A DNA stretch of 64,000 nucleotides from the NCBI GenBank assembly GCA_028864975.1, contig JAGWLG010000008.1:55884-119883 (forward strand), read 5' to 3'. The notes under the pieces were generated by a model that saw only the letters and a list, made by a program, of their open reading frames with translations, had not been told where the DNA came from and made no database searches. Below, piece by piece: positions 18,434-28,748 of this stretch. The first letter of the stretch is position 1. Each line of letters starts with the position of its first letter. The DNA is from Thermoplasmata archaeon (lineage in GTDB: Archaea > Thermoplasmatota > Thermoplasmata > Lutacidiplasmatales > UBA184). Made by a program: the position numbers and the translations under genes.

Positions 18434-18921
18434 CCCCCGACCAGTTCCAGGGCTCCTGGGCCGAGTTCGACCGGTCGAGGACGTACCGGTACTCCCTCGG
18501 TCGGGTCTGGGACCCGGCGAAGCCCCGGGTCGCGTTCGTGATGTTGAACCCGTCGGTCGCAGACCTGGACCAGTTGGACCCCACTGTTCGCCGCTGCGTC
18601 GGCTTCGCCAAGGACTGGGGCTACGGTAGTCTGGAGGTCGGGAACCTGTTCGCCATCCGCAGCACCGACCCGGTGGCGCTCTATCAACTCCACCCCGAGC
18701 CCATTGGCTGGAGCAACGACGCCGCGCTGCTCAGGATTCAGCGGCGCTCCAAGGAGGTCATCGTCGCCTGGGGCAACCACGGATGGCACCTCGGCCGGGG
18801 GGACGCCGTCCTCGACCTCCTCCGAGCCAACGGACCGGTCCGGTGCCTGGGCTACACCAAGCAGGGCCAGCCGGCCCACCCGCTCTACCTGAAGGCGACC
18901 ACGGAGAGGAGGCCCCTTTGA
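18430..18921 (+). CDS. DUF1643 family protein
   Basis: YRYSLGRVW, FVMLNPSVAD..DPTVRRC, GNLFA.RSTDP, VIVAWG, HPLY. Confidence 0.9.
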   Translation: MTPDQFQGSWAEFDRSRTYRYSLGRVWDPAKPRVAFVMLNPSVADLDQLDPTVRRCVGFAKDWGYGSLEVGNLFAIRSTDPVALYQLHPEPIGWSNDAALLRIQRRSKEVIVAWGNHGWHLGRGDAVLDLLRANGPVRCLGYTKQGQPAHPLYLKATTERRPL

Positions 18922-19299
18922 CCCCCCGTCGCCCCCTCTGGTTCCTCTGCCCCCGGTGCCGGTGGAGCATCTCGACCCGGGGACCCGCCGTCATCTTCCT
19001 GTTCCGACGCTGGGCGCACCAGGTCCGGTGGGGGCACCCCCCCGCGCTCATGGTGCCTCCCGGCTTCGAGCGAGTTCTGGGGTTCGGCGGAGCCTATGTC
19101 GAGTTCCCGGACGGGAGCGTGCTGCCTTGAACCCTCTCCAGGACTGCGTCGTCTGCGGGAAGCCGGTCAGTCGGCACAGTCCTGACCCGGAGTGTCACGC
19201 GCATTGCCAACGAGAACGCGAGGAGAAGGTGGCGAGGATACGACTAGCCGCGGAACAGGCTGCCCTCGAAGCGGAACGGGCGGCTGTGGAGGCAGGACC

Positions 19300-19593
19300 G
19301 TGACCTACGCCTTCAAGCCCTCGGCCTCGGGCTCCGTCGTCGTCCCCTACCCCGCCAAGATTCCTCCGGGGACCTGGGCCGTGGTCAGCGACCGGACCTT
19401 CGGCTCCCGGGTCCCCCAGGTCGTCTGCCCGCTCTGCTGCACGCCCTCGATTCTCTCCCCGGAGATTCACAGCGTCGCCGCGGATGGGACCGTCCGGCCT
19501 TCCCTCATCTGCCTACAGTACGACTTCTCGCAGCAGCCGCCGGTCAGGTGCACGTTCCACGACCACGTCATCCTGGAGGGTTGGACACCTTGA
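19300..19593 (+). CDS. Small Zn-binding protein (CP..H..V.PS..C..C.FHD.V.LEGW)
   Basis: Paralog of 21802-22083. Confidence 0.65.
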   Translation: MTYAFKPSASGSVVVPYPAKIPPGTWAVVSDRTFGSRVPQVVCPLCCTPSILSPEIHSVAADGTVRPSLICLQYDFSQQPPVRCTFHDHVILEGWTP

Positions 19594-21367
19594 ACGACAC
19601 GGCGTTCCAGTCGGCGGGCTACAACGAGCCCAAGACCTACGACTATAGGAAGACGGGTGGGACTCATCCCACCGAACACCTCGTCGTCAGGAAGGGTGTC
19701 CAGTCTGAGCGCGGGTGCTCGAAGTGTAGGCTCTCGGACATGATGGCGGTCACCTGCGGAACATGCGCCTTCGCCGATGGAACGCTCCGGTGTCAGCACT
19801 ATTGCCTCTGCGACGATGGTCCTCTTGAAACGAGGGCGTGTTGCACTTGACCCCTACATCTTCCACCAACAGCCGTCCCGGGGGGGACGGACAGCGGGGC
19901 CGGACGCTGGCTGTCAAGGGGGAAACCCCACCGGCCACCCCGCCTCCGACGGAGCCTGAGTGGGTCTCCCTGGCGAAGTGGGAGCGGGGCTCGACCCTTC
20001 GCAACGGCCGGACCACCGAGATAGTCGGCTGCCCCTTCTGCGGAGCGACTTATGTGGTCTCGGCCTGGAGCTTCGCCGGGTCGGGAAAACGCTGCACCTG
20101 TGGGGCGTTGCTGAGCCGGAACGGGGCGAGGAAATGAGGCGAGGCGGAATCAAGCTCCCGGACTACCGCGACGACCCGAGGTTCGATGCCTGGTTGAGAG
20201 AAATGTTCAGCAGCGCCCAGTATCAGAAGCTCACCGCCTACAAGATGCGGTCCATCGCAAGGAAGTTCGCCCTCGCGTGGAGAGATGGATACGTCGCTGG
20301 AGCGATGGGGGGCCGCAAGGACCAGGTCGCCGGGCTGCTTCGCCGGATGGCGAAGGACTTCGAGCGCGGGAGTGCGCCATGACGCTGGTTCTGCTCCCCC
20401 CACCCGCGAAGAAGGTGATGTGCGGAATCGACGGGTGCCGACGGTGTATCCCCGTCCGGAGCCTCCCGCGTCACATCGGCTGGAAACACGGCAAGGACCG
20501 AATCGAGAGAGCGCGCGAGTTCCTTGCCCGAACCAAGGCTGGGCTCTGCATCGAGGGAGAGGTCAACGAACTCGTTATCTTTGCCGAGGAACTTCAGCTA
20601 CAGTTGGCCCGCCCAACGCCCGAGCCGACGAACACGACCGCCGACCCGTGGACCGTCCGGGGTGAACCGTGAGCGCTCCTGAAGAAGCTGAGACGACTCC
20701 GCCCCCCTTCGTCGAGGGACCCTGCGCGACGTGCCACGGCCACGGTAGAATCCTCTGGGGCTGCGGAGAGCCCGGTTGCATGGTGATTCACTGGCGCCAG
20801 TGCCCCGCTTGCCTCGGCTCCGGGAGGTTCTCTTGAGGCCCACCGACATCGGCGTGTCGATGCGCGCCGAGATTCTGGAGTACAAGAAGCGCATCCTCAA
20901 GCAGAAGGACATCTACGCCGCGTACTGGACCTTCCCACTACCGGTGACCCGGACCGTGGGCATCGGCTCCTACCTCTGGGTGGCGCAGGGAGGCCGCTGG
21001 CGCGGACACTTCACCATCACGGAGACCGACGGCTACGACGATGACCGAATCTACGAGGTGGATTTCGACCACTGGGTCAGCGACGACCGCGGCCCCCGGC
21101 GCCCTTTTCAGGGATTCACGTTGAAAGTCCCTCCGCGGAGGTCGCGCCGGTGAGCGAACCCGTTCCCCTGACGGCTGAGACCGCCAAGGTGGGCCAAAGG
21201 GTGTGGACTCCACGGTCCACGGCCTCGGCTGAACGCATCGTCGGAGTCTTGGTCATCGTCGAGCCCTCTCGCCTGGTGGTGCTCGCCGACGGACCGGATA
21301 CGCTCCCGCGACAGGCCCGGATTTTTGAGCGATGGAACCTTCCGGTGTACGCTTGCCAGGAGGAACC

Positions 21368-21805
21368 GTGAGCATCGCCGTCATCTCCGAGGGAACCGTC
21401 AACTACCTCAGCATCCGCCCGGTTTTCGACCTGCGGGAGGCGGACACGATTGAGCCCCCCGTCGTCCACCCTCCTGTTCCCTTTCCCCGCGCCTGCCTCA
21501 CTTGCTTCGGTGAGGGGCGCCTCCGCCGCAGCGTCATGGCGAAGTTCCTGGACAAGGATGAGCGGTTCTTCAAGGAGTGCCCGGATTGCGATGGGTCGGG
21601 TACTGAAGTCACCGCCGAAGCCCGCGGCCACCCCACCTGGAAGAAGGACTACGTCTGGGCCGGCCGGTCGCCTCACTCGCTGTGCGTGGGATTTGGGTGG
21701 TGCGTCGCACCGAAGCTCAGCATCGCGCCGCCCGGCATGGACCCTCAGCCGTACTATTTTTGTCCAGGCTTGGGCATGCACGAGGACCCGGAGGTTCACC
21801 CTTGA
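21368..21805 (+). CDS. Protein with DnaJ-type CxxCxGxG Zn finger
   Basis: CLTCFGEG and CPDCDGSG. Confidence 0.6.
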   Translation: MSIAVISEGTVNYLSIRPVFDLREADTIEPPVVHPPVPFPRACLTCFGEGRLRRSVMAKFLDKDERFFKECPDCDGSGTEVTAEARGHPTWKKDYVWAGRSPHSLCVGFGWCVAPKLSIAPPGMDPQPYYFCPGLGMHEDPEVHP

Positions 21806-22083
21806 CCTTCACCGCGACCCGCGTGGACCACCTCTCCCAGTTGGCCCCGGGGACCTGGTGCCCCGTCAAGACGTCCGGTGGCAAGCGCACCGCCGCGTTC
21901 TGCTGCCCCAACGGGCACAAGCTCGCGCTCACCGCTCACGCGATTCTTCCGACCGGCCAAGCGTTCGTCACCGCGGACGTCGTGTCCAAGGAGACCGAGG
22001 TGGGACTGCTCATCGGCACCGTCCCCAGCGTCTCGTGCCCCAAGTGTGAGTTCTACGACTCCGTCGTCCTCAAGGGGTGGTGA
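21802..22083 (+). CDS. Small Zn-binding protein, paralog of 19300-19593
   Basis: CCPNGH..H..VPSVSCPKCEFYDSVVLKGW. Confidence 0.65.
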   Translation: MTFTATRVDHLSQLAPGTWCPVKTSGGKRTAAFCCPNGHKLALTAHAILPTGQAFVTADVVSKETEVGLLIGTVPSVSCPKCEFYDSVVLKGW

Positions 22084-22084
22084 G

Positions 22085-22474
22085 ATGGGCGTCGGAATGC
22101 CCGGCAGCATCTGGCTCGACGAGTTCGGCTGCATCCTGAACGATGCGTTCGGGACCATCCCCTACCTCGTCGGCTCCGCCCTCGAAAAGAAGGAGGGGTG
22201 GCGAGACGTGGATGTCCGTGTTCTTCTCAGCAAGGAGGAGTGGGACCGGTGGCAGTTCGGAGACCCGGAGCGCGTCCGCTCCAACAGCCGGTGGGTCGCC
22301 GTCGTCCTGGCGTTCTCGGCGCTCGGGCAACGGATGACCTCATTGCCAATCGACTTCCAACCCCAACTCGCGGAGTGGGCCAACGCGAAGTTCCCCCGGC
22401 CCCGTAGCGCCCTGGGGATAGCCTACCTGTCCCGCTTCCGAGAGGTCGAACCGGAGGTGGCGGCACGGCCATGA
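22085..22474 (+). CDS. Minimal Pol-beta-superfamily nucleotidyltransferase-like protein
   Basis: YLVGSALE...WRDVDVRV (GS...DxD) motif. Confidence 0.65.
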   Translation: MGVGMPGSIWLDEFGCILNDAFGTIPYLVGSALEKKEGWRDVDVRVLLSKEEWDRWQFGDPERVRSNSRWVAVVLAFSALGQRMTSLPIDFQPQLAEWANAKFPRPRSALGIAYLSRFREVEPEVAARP

Positions 22475-23159
22475 ACGACCCTGCGTACTGCATCAGCACG
22501 GGGGGCCACCAGTACGTGACCACCTCGACCCTCAAGCAGCAGCATCCGCCGCCGAGCTACTACCCGGGGTTCATTTTCTACACCGTCCTCTCCTGGTGGG
22601 AGACGGTCACCCGCTGCATCTATTGTGGGGTCGAATCTTGAAGGCCACCATCCACTCCGGCCACGGCCTTGCATCGGCAACCGAAGGGGACCGCCTCCTC
22701 GCCGAACTCGCCAGGTACGGCGTGGATGAGGAGATGGTGAACATGGCGACCGGCGTGACGAACTTCGCCCTGGTCCTCAACGGGCGCCCCCAGCAAACTT
22801 GGAAGATGACGGCTGAGCATTGGCTGGAAGACCTGCGCGCGGGGAGGCTCAGATGAGCGAGCCCGAGCCCACGAGGTCCGCCCGGCCCCGCACCGAAATC
22901 CTCAACGGCTGGACCCAGGTCGAGGGGGACTTCCTCGCGGTGTACCGGGTGACCAAGACCTTGCGCCCCCTCGTCCCGGGTAAAGCGGGGCGGCCCCGGA
23001 AGTGGCTCCCCAAGGACGTCAGCGACGTCCGCCGCCGCTGGGCCGAGGGTCAGACCTGGCCGCTGATTCGCTCCGCGACCGGTATCCCCCTCAAGACCAT
23101 CGGAGCGATGCTGGACCGGAACGGACAGTACAAGGAGGTGGGAGAGTGGTTTGAGCCGC

Positions 23160-23714
23160 TCACCCCGCGGCGCTCAAGGAAGTCTCAGGAGAGGCCGTCG
23201 GCTGGTCCAGGTGCACCAGCGCCAACTGACGCTCCGGCTCCTCCCGAAGCACCGACGTCATCCCCGAGAGGACCAGGTGCGCCTCCCGGACCCCGCCCCG
23301 ACCCACCCAACGAAGCTCCACCGCCTCGAACCGAGACACCAGTCTGACCAACGTCCCGCGCCAGCGGCTCCGGTGCGCATCCACCACGTTCTTGTAGTCC
23401 GTCTCCACCACGACCCGGCTACTCCGCGCCCGGTCCCCGAGTTCCCCGTGGAGCCACTCCAGAGCCTCGTAGATGGCCCGCCGCTCGAAGAGCGTCGAGC
23501 GGGGCGCCTCCCTGGACCTACCCATCTTCCCGATGCTCACCGTGCGCCCCGGGAGCCTCGCCACGAACGCCCAGCCGGCCAGGTGCCCCGGCTCCCCGTT
23601 CTTCTCGGTCCTTACCGAGCCGTCGGTCACGACGGTCACGGTCGTTCCGCTCAACGTCGCGCCCGCCGTCGCTGGTGCCTCGGAATATACGGCGCCGCTG
23701 TCCCCGTCGGACAT
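23160..23714 (-). CDS. RNase HI-like protein
   Basis: VVTDGS, FERRAIYEAL, VETDYKNVV, LRWVGR; last catalytic Asp appears as His (REAH). Confidence 0.7.
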   Translation of the reverse strand: MSDGDSGAVYSEAPATAGATLSGTTVTVVTDGSVRTEKNGEPGHLAGWAFVARLPGRTVSIGKMGRSREAPRSTLFERRAIYEALEWLHGELGDRARSSRVVVETDYKNVVDAHRSRWRGTLVRLVSRFEAVELRWVGRGGVREAHLVLSGMTSVLREEPERQLALVHLDQPTASPETSLSAAG

Positions 23715-24271
23715 TGGTGCTCTATCCCGTTCAACTCGGTCGTCTTGAACAGCAGCGGACCCCGACCGTAGGCCATGACCCCACGACCACACGTCGGGCA
23801 GGCCATGTGCGCCGCCCACTCCTGGTCCGGGCCGATGTCCTTCGGGACCTCTGGCTCCGGCGCCGGTTGGACCGGCGAACTTCCCACCGTCACCCGCGCT
23901 GTCGCGGCCCTCGCCGCTTCCGCTTGCCGTCTCTCCTGGCTCATCTGCTCGATGAATCTCGCGTACCATTGGCCGTTCTGACTCCCCAACAGGTCGTCCA
24001 TGAAGTCCTGCATCGTCGCCGCCGGCTCCGGGGTCCTGCGCTCCGCGGTCCCCCATCCGTTCACCAGCAGCATCCGCTCCGCCGCCGATGCGCTCTCGAT
24101 TCTCTCCACGGCCTCGTTCAGCGCCACCATCTTCCCGTGGTTGTCCTCGGTGTCGCCGGCGAGGTCCGGGTGCACCGCGCGAACCTTGGTCCGGTAGGCC
24201 TTCCTGACCTCCTTCTCCGTGGCCGAGGGCTTCAACCCCAGCAACCGGTAGGCCTCTTCGAGGGTGACCAT
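23651..24271 (-). CDS. J-domain (DnaJ N-terminal) protein with C-terminal Zn ribbon
   Basis: AYRLLGL..A...EVRKAYR...VHPD...LNEA; CPTC...HQC. Confidence 0.85.
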   Translation of the reverse strand: MVTLEEAYRLLGLKPSATEKEVRKAYRTKVRAVHPDLAGDTEDNHGKMVALNEAVERIESASAAERMLLVNGWGTAERRTPEPAATMQDFMDDLLGSQNGQWYARFIEQMSQERRQAEAARAATARVTVGSSPVQPAPEPEVPKDIGPDQEWAAHMACPTCGRGVMAYGRGPLLFKTTELNGIEHQCPTGTAAPYIPRHQRRRARR

Positions 24272-25051
24272 CTACATCCCTGCGACCGCTGCCACGCGCC
24301 GCCTGGCATCCCGCACGTACTTCGAGGAGATGTCGATTCCGACCCACCTGCGCCCGAGCGACCTGGCGACCGCCGGCGTTGTCCCGGTCCCCACCCACGG
24401 GTCGCACACGACCATTCCCGGGTAGCAGAGGAACTTCACCAGCCGGTAGACCAGCTTCTCGGGGAAAGGACACGGGTGCCCCAGCTTCCTCCCCTCCGGG
24501 TTGATGTGCCAGAAGCCGTCCGACCAGTGCTTGAACTCGTCACCGGTGATGTCGGCGGGGTGACCGTTCGGCTCCAGGCGGCGCGAGCGGTTGTAGAACA
24601 CCTGAACGTGCTCCCAACTGTAGACGAAGCACGGGCTCGACGGTTGCTTCCACGAGCCCCAGGCGGTGCGCTTGTAGATTTGCTGCTTGTACCAGAGCAC
24701 CTCTCCGAAGGGCTTCCACCCGGCGAGCACCGCGGCGCGGTGGCAGTCATGCTGAATTGCCCAGTACCCCGACTTTGCCCTCCCTCCCCGGACGTTGACT
24801 CCGGCGGGGATGTTCAGCGCGAGTCTCCCCCCCACGACGGTCGCCCTACGTAGCTCTCGGAGTGTGCGGGTGAGCATCGTGAGGTAGTCTCGGTACGGGA
24901 GGTCGTCGGAGTAACCGGCGTACGGCTGGCCGATGTTGTAGGGGGGAGAACAAACGGTCAGGTGCACGAATGGCCCTCCCGCCTTCTTGCGCAGGTCCGG
25001 AAGCACCTCTGTCGCGTCACCACGGTAGATTCGGTCTAGAACGTCCGTCAT
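24272..25051 (-). CDS. Beta-class N4-C/N6-A DNA methyltransferase
   Basis: CSPPYN, HPCPFP..LV, DPWVGTGTT. Confidence 0.92.
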   Translation of the reverse strand: MTDVLDRIYRGDATEVLPDLRKKAGGPFVHLTVCSPPYNIGQPYAGYSDDLPYRDYLTMLTRTLRELRRATVVGGRLALNIPAGVNVRGGRAKSGYWAIQHDCHRAAVLAGWKPFGEVLWYKQQIYKRTAWGSWKQPSSPCFVYSWEHVQVFYNRSRRLEPNGHPADITGDEFKHWSDGFWHINPEGRKLGHPCPFPEKLVYRLVKFLCYPGMVVCDPWVGTGTTPAVARSLGRRWVGIDISSKYVRDARRRVAAVAGM

Positions 25052-25075
25052 TTCAGTAGGCCTGACCCGTTCGGC

Positions 25076-25654
25076 TCAACGCTCATCCTTCATCCTCCCT
25101 GTTCCCCCGGTACCGTGGAACTGAAGTACCTTTTCCTGGCGACGGCCAAGGTCCTTGGTGCGAGCGGGCTCGCGCTCTCCCTCTACCTTGCCGCGACCGG
25201 CCACGACCTCTTGCTCGACGTCGCCGCGACCATCATGCTCCCCTTCGCCGGGTGGACGCTCTACGACACTAGCCGTTGTCTGCTTCGGGTCCTGCGTCAC
25301 GGTGAACCTCACTAGGTTGTCCTCGTCCTTGGCGAATCCCAGAGCGTTCTCCGGGTTGCAGAGACCCATCCGGAAGTCCTCCTTCCTGAAGGAGATGAGC
25401 CGGTCGATGGCCTTCCACTCCCTGAGCCCGATACGTTTCATCGCCGCGTGGAGAGTCTCGTGGTTCAACAGGCGGACGAGGTCTCGGACCATCCCTTTCG
25501 GGTCCGCCGCGTAGAACTCCATGTACCCGTTGCCCGGGGACAGAACGATGGTGTCCGGGTCGTCTGTGTAGACCATTCCGGTGACTCGCTTCCCCTTCCA
25601 GCGGAGGGGACGTTTCGCCAGGCGCAGGCCGATGGGTGGGCGCTGGTTACCCAT
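25076..25654 (-). CDS. HExxH metallopeptidase-like protein
   Basis: LLNHETLH; start coupled to NADAR stop (TGATG). Confidence 0.5.
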   Translation of the reverse strand: MGNQRPPIGLRLAKRPLRWKGKRVTGMVYTDDPDTIVLSPGNGYMEFYAADPKGMVRDLVRLLNHETLHAAMKRIGLREWKAIDRLISFRKEDFRMGLCNPENALGFAKDEDNLVRFTVTQDPKQTTASVVERPPGEGEHDGRGDVEQEVVAGRGKVEGEREPARTKDLGRRQEKVLQFHGTGGTGRMKDER

Positions 25655-26130
25655 CAGGCCCGCCTCAGTTCCGCTCGAAGGTCCTTGAGCATTGCCCCGA
25701 GCATGTTCTTTCCGTCGCCCTTCTTCCCGATTCCCCAAAAGGCGTCGGTCTTTGATGCCTCGACCAGTGGCGCATCGCCGGTGTCGAGGAGCTTTGCCTT
25801 CAACCGCGCGTCCGAGAACTTCGCCCGAAGGACCTGGTTCATCCAGTCCACCTTCTTCTCGCTCCACCCTGGTACAACGTCGAACGGGAACAGACCGTGC
25901 CCCAGAATCGCTGCGGACCGGGGGAGCGACGTCGTCAGGATGTCCGCCCTCATCCGTGGGTCTCTTGCTTTCGCCCACTGGTAGGCGTGCTCCGCGGACG
26001 CCGCTAGGATGAACGTGAACTCCTCCTTGGTCCAGGCCGGGATGTCAACCTTCACCGCGCACGGGTAGAGGTTCGACAGGAAGCCGTACTCGCCGGCGGC
26101 TCGGTAGAACTGGATGGGCTCGCTGGCCAT
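25654..26130 (-). CDS. NADAR (YbiA-like) family protein
   Basis: FY...YGFLSNLY, SAEHAYQWAKA, LRAKFS, LLDTGDAPLVEAS..D.FWG, GKNMLG..L..LR. Confidence 0.92.
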   Translation of the reverse strand: MASEPIQFYRAAGEYGFLSNLYPCAVKVDIPAWTKEEFTFILAASAEHAYQWAKARDPRMRADILTTSLPRSAAILGHGLFPFDVVPGWSEKKVDWMNQVLRAKFSDARLKAKLLDTGDAPLVEASKTDAFWGIGKKGDGKNMLGAMLKDLRAELRRA

Positions 26131-26132
26131 AT

Positions 26133-27204
26133 TCACCCGTGCATCGGCGGCCCCGGGGGCCTCGGCTTCAGGTCCTCGGTACGGTGGGCGTAGACGTACA
26201 TCGGGTCCGGCTCGTTGGGGTCGATGGGCTTGTCCTCAACCATGCATCCGGTCCTCCAGTTGCAGCCGCCGCTGTAGCGTCGCCACGACATACTCCAGCC
26301 CGGCCCGGGGAAGGTCCGTCGCTACCGCCAGAATCAACTGCTCCTCCAGGGCTGCCTTCGTGGCCTTGGTGTGCGGCCAGGCCTGGGACGTCGTGACGAC
26401 GTGAGTGACCCCGGTCGAATCCTTCCACGTATGAGCGATGGCGGCGAGCATCGGCCCCGCCAGGTCCACTGGCTCCAGTCCTCTCTCCTTTCGGTACGCG
26501 GCGACAGCGGCCTGGAGGTTCCGGTGGAACTCCTCGCAGTAGGGCTTGCAGGTGTCCCCTTCGTTCTTCTCCCCCTCTTCAGCCATGCATGCTCACCCCG
26601 CTCTTGCTCTCCATGACGACCTTGTCCCCTGCCTCGATGGCACCGGCGACCGTGGCCAAGACCGCCCCCCGGACCTCCGGGGTCATGCTCACCAGCAGCG
26701 AGGCCGCGAGCAGACCGAACGTGTCGTCACTCCCTTCCCCTGGAGCCGCGAGCCGACCCATCCATGACCTCCCGCCCGGGTCCTTCCGGATGCACACGAT
26801 GGCGTACGTCGCGTCGTTCATCCCCTCCCCGTTCTCTGGGTACCCCTTGCACACCGCCTCCAGTAGATTGTGCGCGACCTGCCTCACCTTCCTCGTCATC
26901 TTCTCGTCCAGTTCCACACTGGCGTCGGTCACGGTTGCCTCTGACATCGTACCTCCGTTCGCTCTTGCGCTTCCTTCAGAATCGTTGCTGTCAGTTCCCA
27001 TAGTTCCGTTCCACCGGCGAGGCGCCCCAGCGCCGCGCCGACCTTGAGCCCCACGCCCACTCCTTGGACGAAGTCCGTGTCACCGGCCTTCCTGGCCCTG
27101 TCCAGGGCTTCCCTGAGCCTCCGGCACTCGTACAGCACCGTTTCCCGGGCCGTTGGCGGGAGCCCGGTGAGCAGCGGAGCGAGGTCTGCGTCGGACGCGG
27201 CCAC
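26133..27204 (-). other. Four small coupled ORFs (26133-26243, 26236-26586, 26579-26947, 26929-27204)
   Basis: Overlapping starts/stops; first three all end in MHG*. Confidence 0.6.
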
Positions 27205-27799
27205 GGCCCCCTGAGCGCCCCTGGTTCTTCAAAGGTTCCTCCAAAAATGGCCTCATCAACGGTTTCCTCAAAGGTTTCACCCCCTTCGGCCTCTTGATGG
27301 GGTCCCCGCTCCGGTCCCGCCACGACGTCTTCCACCCCCGGTCCGTCAACTGCCAGCAGCAGAAGTAGCCCGGCTGCCCCTTCGACCTCGCTCGCCAGGC
27401 CCAGACATCTATCCGGGCCCGGTCGTTGGCTCTCGGGGCCGGCATGTTTGCCTCCCGCATCACCTTCAGCACCTTCGCCCTCCGGTGCGACCCGTTGGAG
27501 TACTCCGTCGCCTGGATGAGCCAGATGACCGGCCCCCGGTTCGAGCGCTGGAAGTTGAGCCCCCCCAGGTCGAAGGCCTTCCACAGGTCTTCCTGGATGG
27601 GCATGAAGACGAACGGTGGGGGTTTCTGCCCCGGCTTCGACCGGGCCCTGGCGATGGACCAGTACCGCGGGTGACCCCTCGGGATGAGGGCGTAGGCTTG
27701 CCGAGCCTGGTGGACCCAGTAGTCCTGGCCCTGCAACCAGCGACGGACCCGACCGGCTATCTCGTTGCCCTTCTTCCGGGCCCGGCTACGCTTGCCCAC
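27080..27799 (-). CDS. PD-(D/E)xK-like nuclease, Holliday-junction-resolvase-like
   Basis: KKGNEI..VRRWL..DYWV, DLWKAFDL, IWLIQAT pattern; divergent. Confidence 0.45.
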   Translation of the reverse strand: MGKRSRARKKGNEIAGRVRRWLQGQDYWVHQARQAYALIPRGHPRYWSIARARSKPGQKPPPFVFMPIQEDLWKAFDLGGLNFQRSNRGPVIWLIQATEYSNGSHRRAKVLKVMREANMPAPRANDRARIDVWAWRARSKGQPGYFCCWQLTDRGWKTSWRDRSGDPIKRPKGVKPLRKPLMRPFLEEPLKNQGRSGGRGRVRRRPRSAAHRAPANGPGNGAVRVPEAQGSPGQGQEGR

Positions 27800-27926
27800 T
27801 GGTCACCCGAGCCTTCCGGCGAGGCTTGCAGCGGCGGTTGAAGTGGCGGTAGTAGTTCAGCCCCCGCGTCACGAGCACGGCTCCACATCGGGGGCATTTC
27901 CACGGCGGCTTCTTGCTCGGATACAT
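27786..27926 (-). CDS. Tiny Zn-finger protein
   Basis: MYPSKKPPWKCPRCG...RHFNRRC*; fills gap between DUF5131 and nuclease. Confidence 0.55.
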   Translation of the reverse strand: MYPSKKPPWKCPRCGAVLVTRGLNYYRHFNRRCKPRRKARVTSGQA

Positions 27927-27929
27927 CGC

Positions 27930-28748
27930 TCAGCCCCTCGGGAACTCCCGCCAGAGTCTTCCGTCCAGCAGCGCAGCGTCGCCGCCACGCTTGTCCGTCG
28001 GTCCGCCCAACTGCTTCAGAAAGAAGGGCACCTTGGCCGTCGTGCACTGGTCTCTCAACGACCTCACCCAGTTCAGGTCCATCGGCTGCGCACCGCGCCC
28101 CGACTGCCCCCCGGTGATGACCCAGTGCAGATTGGGTAGGTACTTCGTCAGGTCCAGCGCACCCAGCAGCGGCTCGCACGAGAGGAACATCACCTGGGCT
28201 CCCGTGCTCAGCAACGGCGGGATGCGCGCCTCCGCCCAACGCTGGGTCTCGACACTCGTCCCGAGCCACAGGTTCTCCGGTAGCTCGTCGTGCACCTCGG
28301 TGTACTTCCTCACGTAGCGGAGCATGATGGCCGGCCTCTTGGTCAGCACTAGGTAGACGTGCTGGGGCGTCCGTCGGATGACTGTGAGCACGCTGTCGAT
28401 GAACTCGAAGGGGACCAGGTGGTGGAAGAGGTCGCTCATCGAGTTAATGAACACCCCCGACGATTCCTTCCACTTCTCCGGGAGAAGCAGTCTCTCCGGG
28501 TGCAGCCTCACGTTGAACTTGGCGTTCTCCTCGGTCCACTCGCGGTACGGCTCACCGTACCACTCCGTGTTGAACCGGTAGTGCAGCATCTCGGCGTAGC
28601 AGGCACCGCCCTCTTCGAGCCCCTCCGGGCCCTTGCCGCAACCCTCGGAGACCCGCGAGCAGCCCGTTACCGGGTTCCAGGACCTGCCCTTGAACACCGT
28701 CCCGTCGGGTCGGTGAATCCAGGTCCATTCGATTTTTGTGTCGGTCAA
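27930..28748 (-). CDS. DUF5131 / phage Gp37-Gp68 family protein
   Basis: TKIEWT, WNPVTGCSRVSEGC..CYAE, NSMSDLFH, LTKRP, SCEPLLG, WVITGGQSG, FFLKQLG. Confidence 0.93.
   Translation of the reverse strand: MTDTKIEWTWIHRPDGTVFKGRSWNPVTGCSRVSEGCGKGPEGLEEGGACYAEMLHYRFNTEWYGEPYREWTEENAKFNVRLHPERLLLPEKWKESSGVFINSMSDLFHHLVPFEFIDSVLTVIRRTPQHVYLVLTKRPAIMLRYVRKYTEVHDELPENLWLGTSVETQRWAEARIPPLLSTGAQVMFLSCEPLLGALDLTKYLPNLHWVITGGQSGRGAQPMDLNWVRSLRDQCTTAKVPFFLKQLGGPTDKRGGDAALLDGRLWREFPRG

Larger units (their letters stand above)
18918..23347 (+). other. Coupled array of about 15 small ORFs, many Cys-rich Zn-binding proteins
   Basis: Successive ATGA/GTGA/TTGA overlaps (e.g. 18918, 19127, 19300, 19590, 20134, 20379, 21150, 21368, 21802, 22471, 22853); CxxC motifs. 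Confidence 0.7.
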
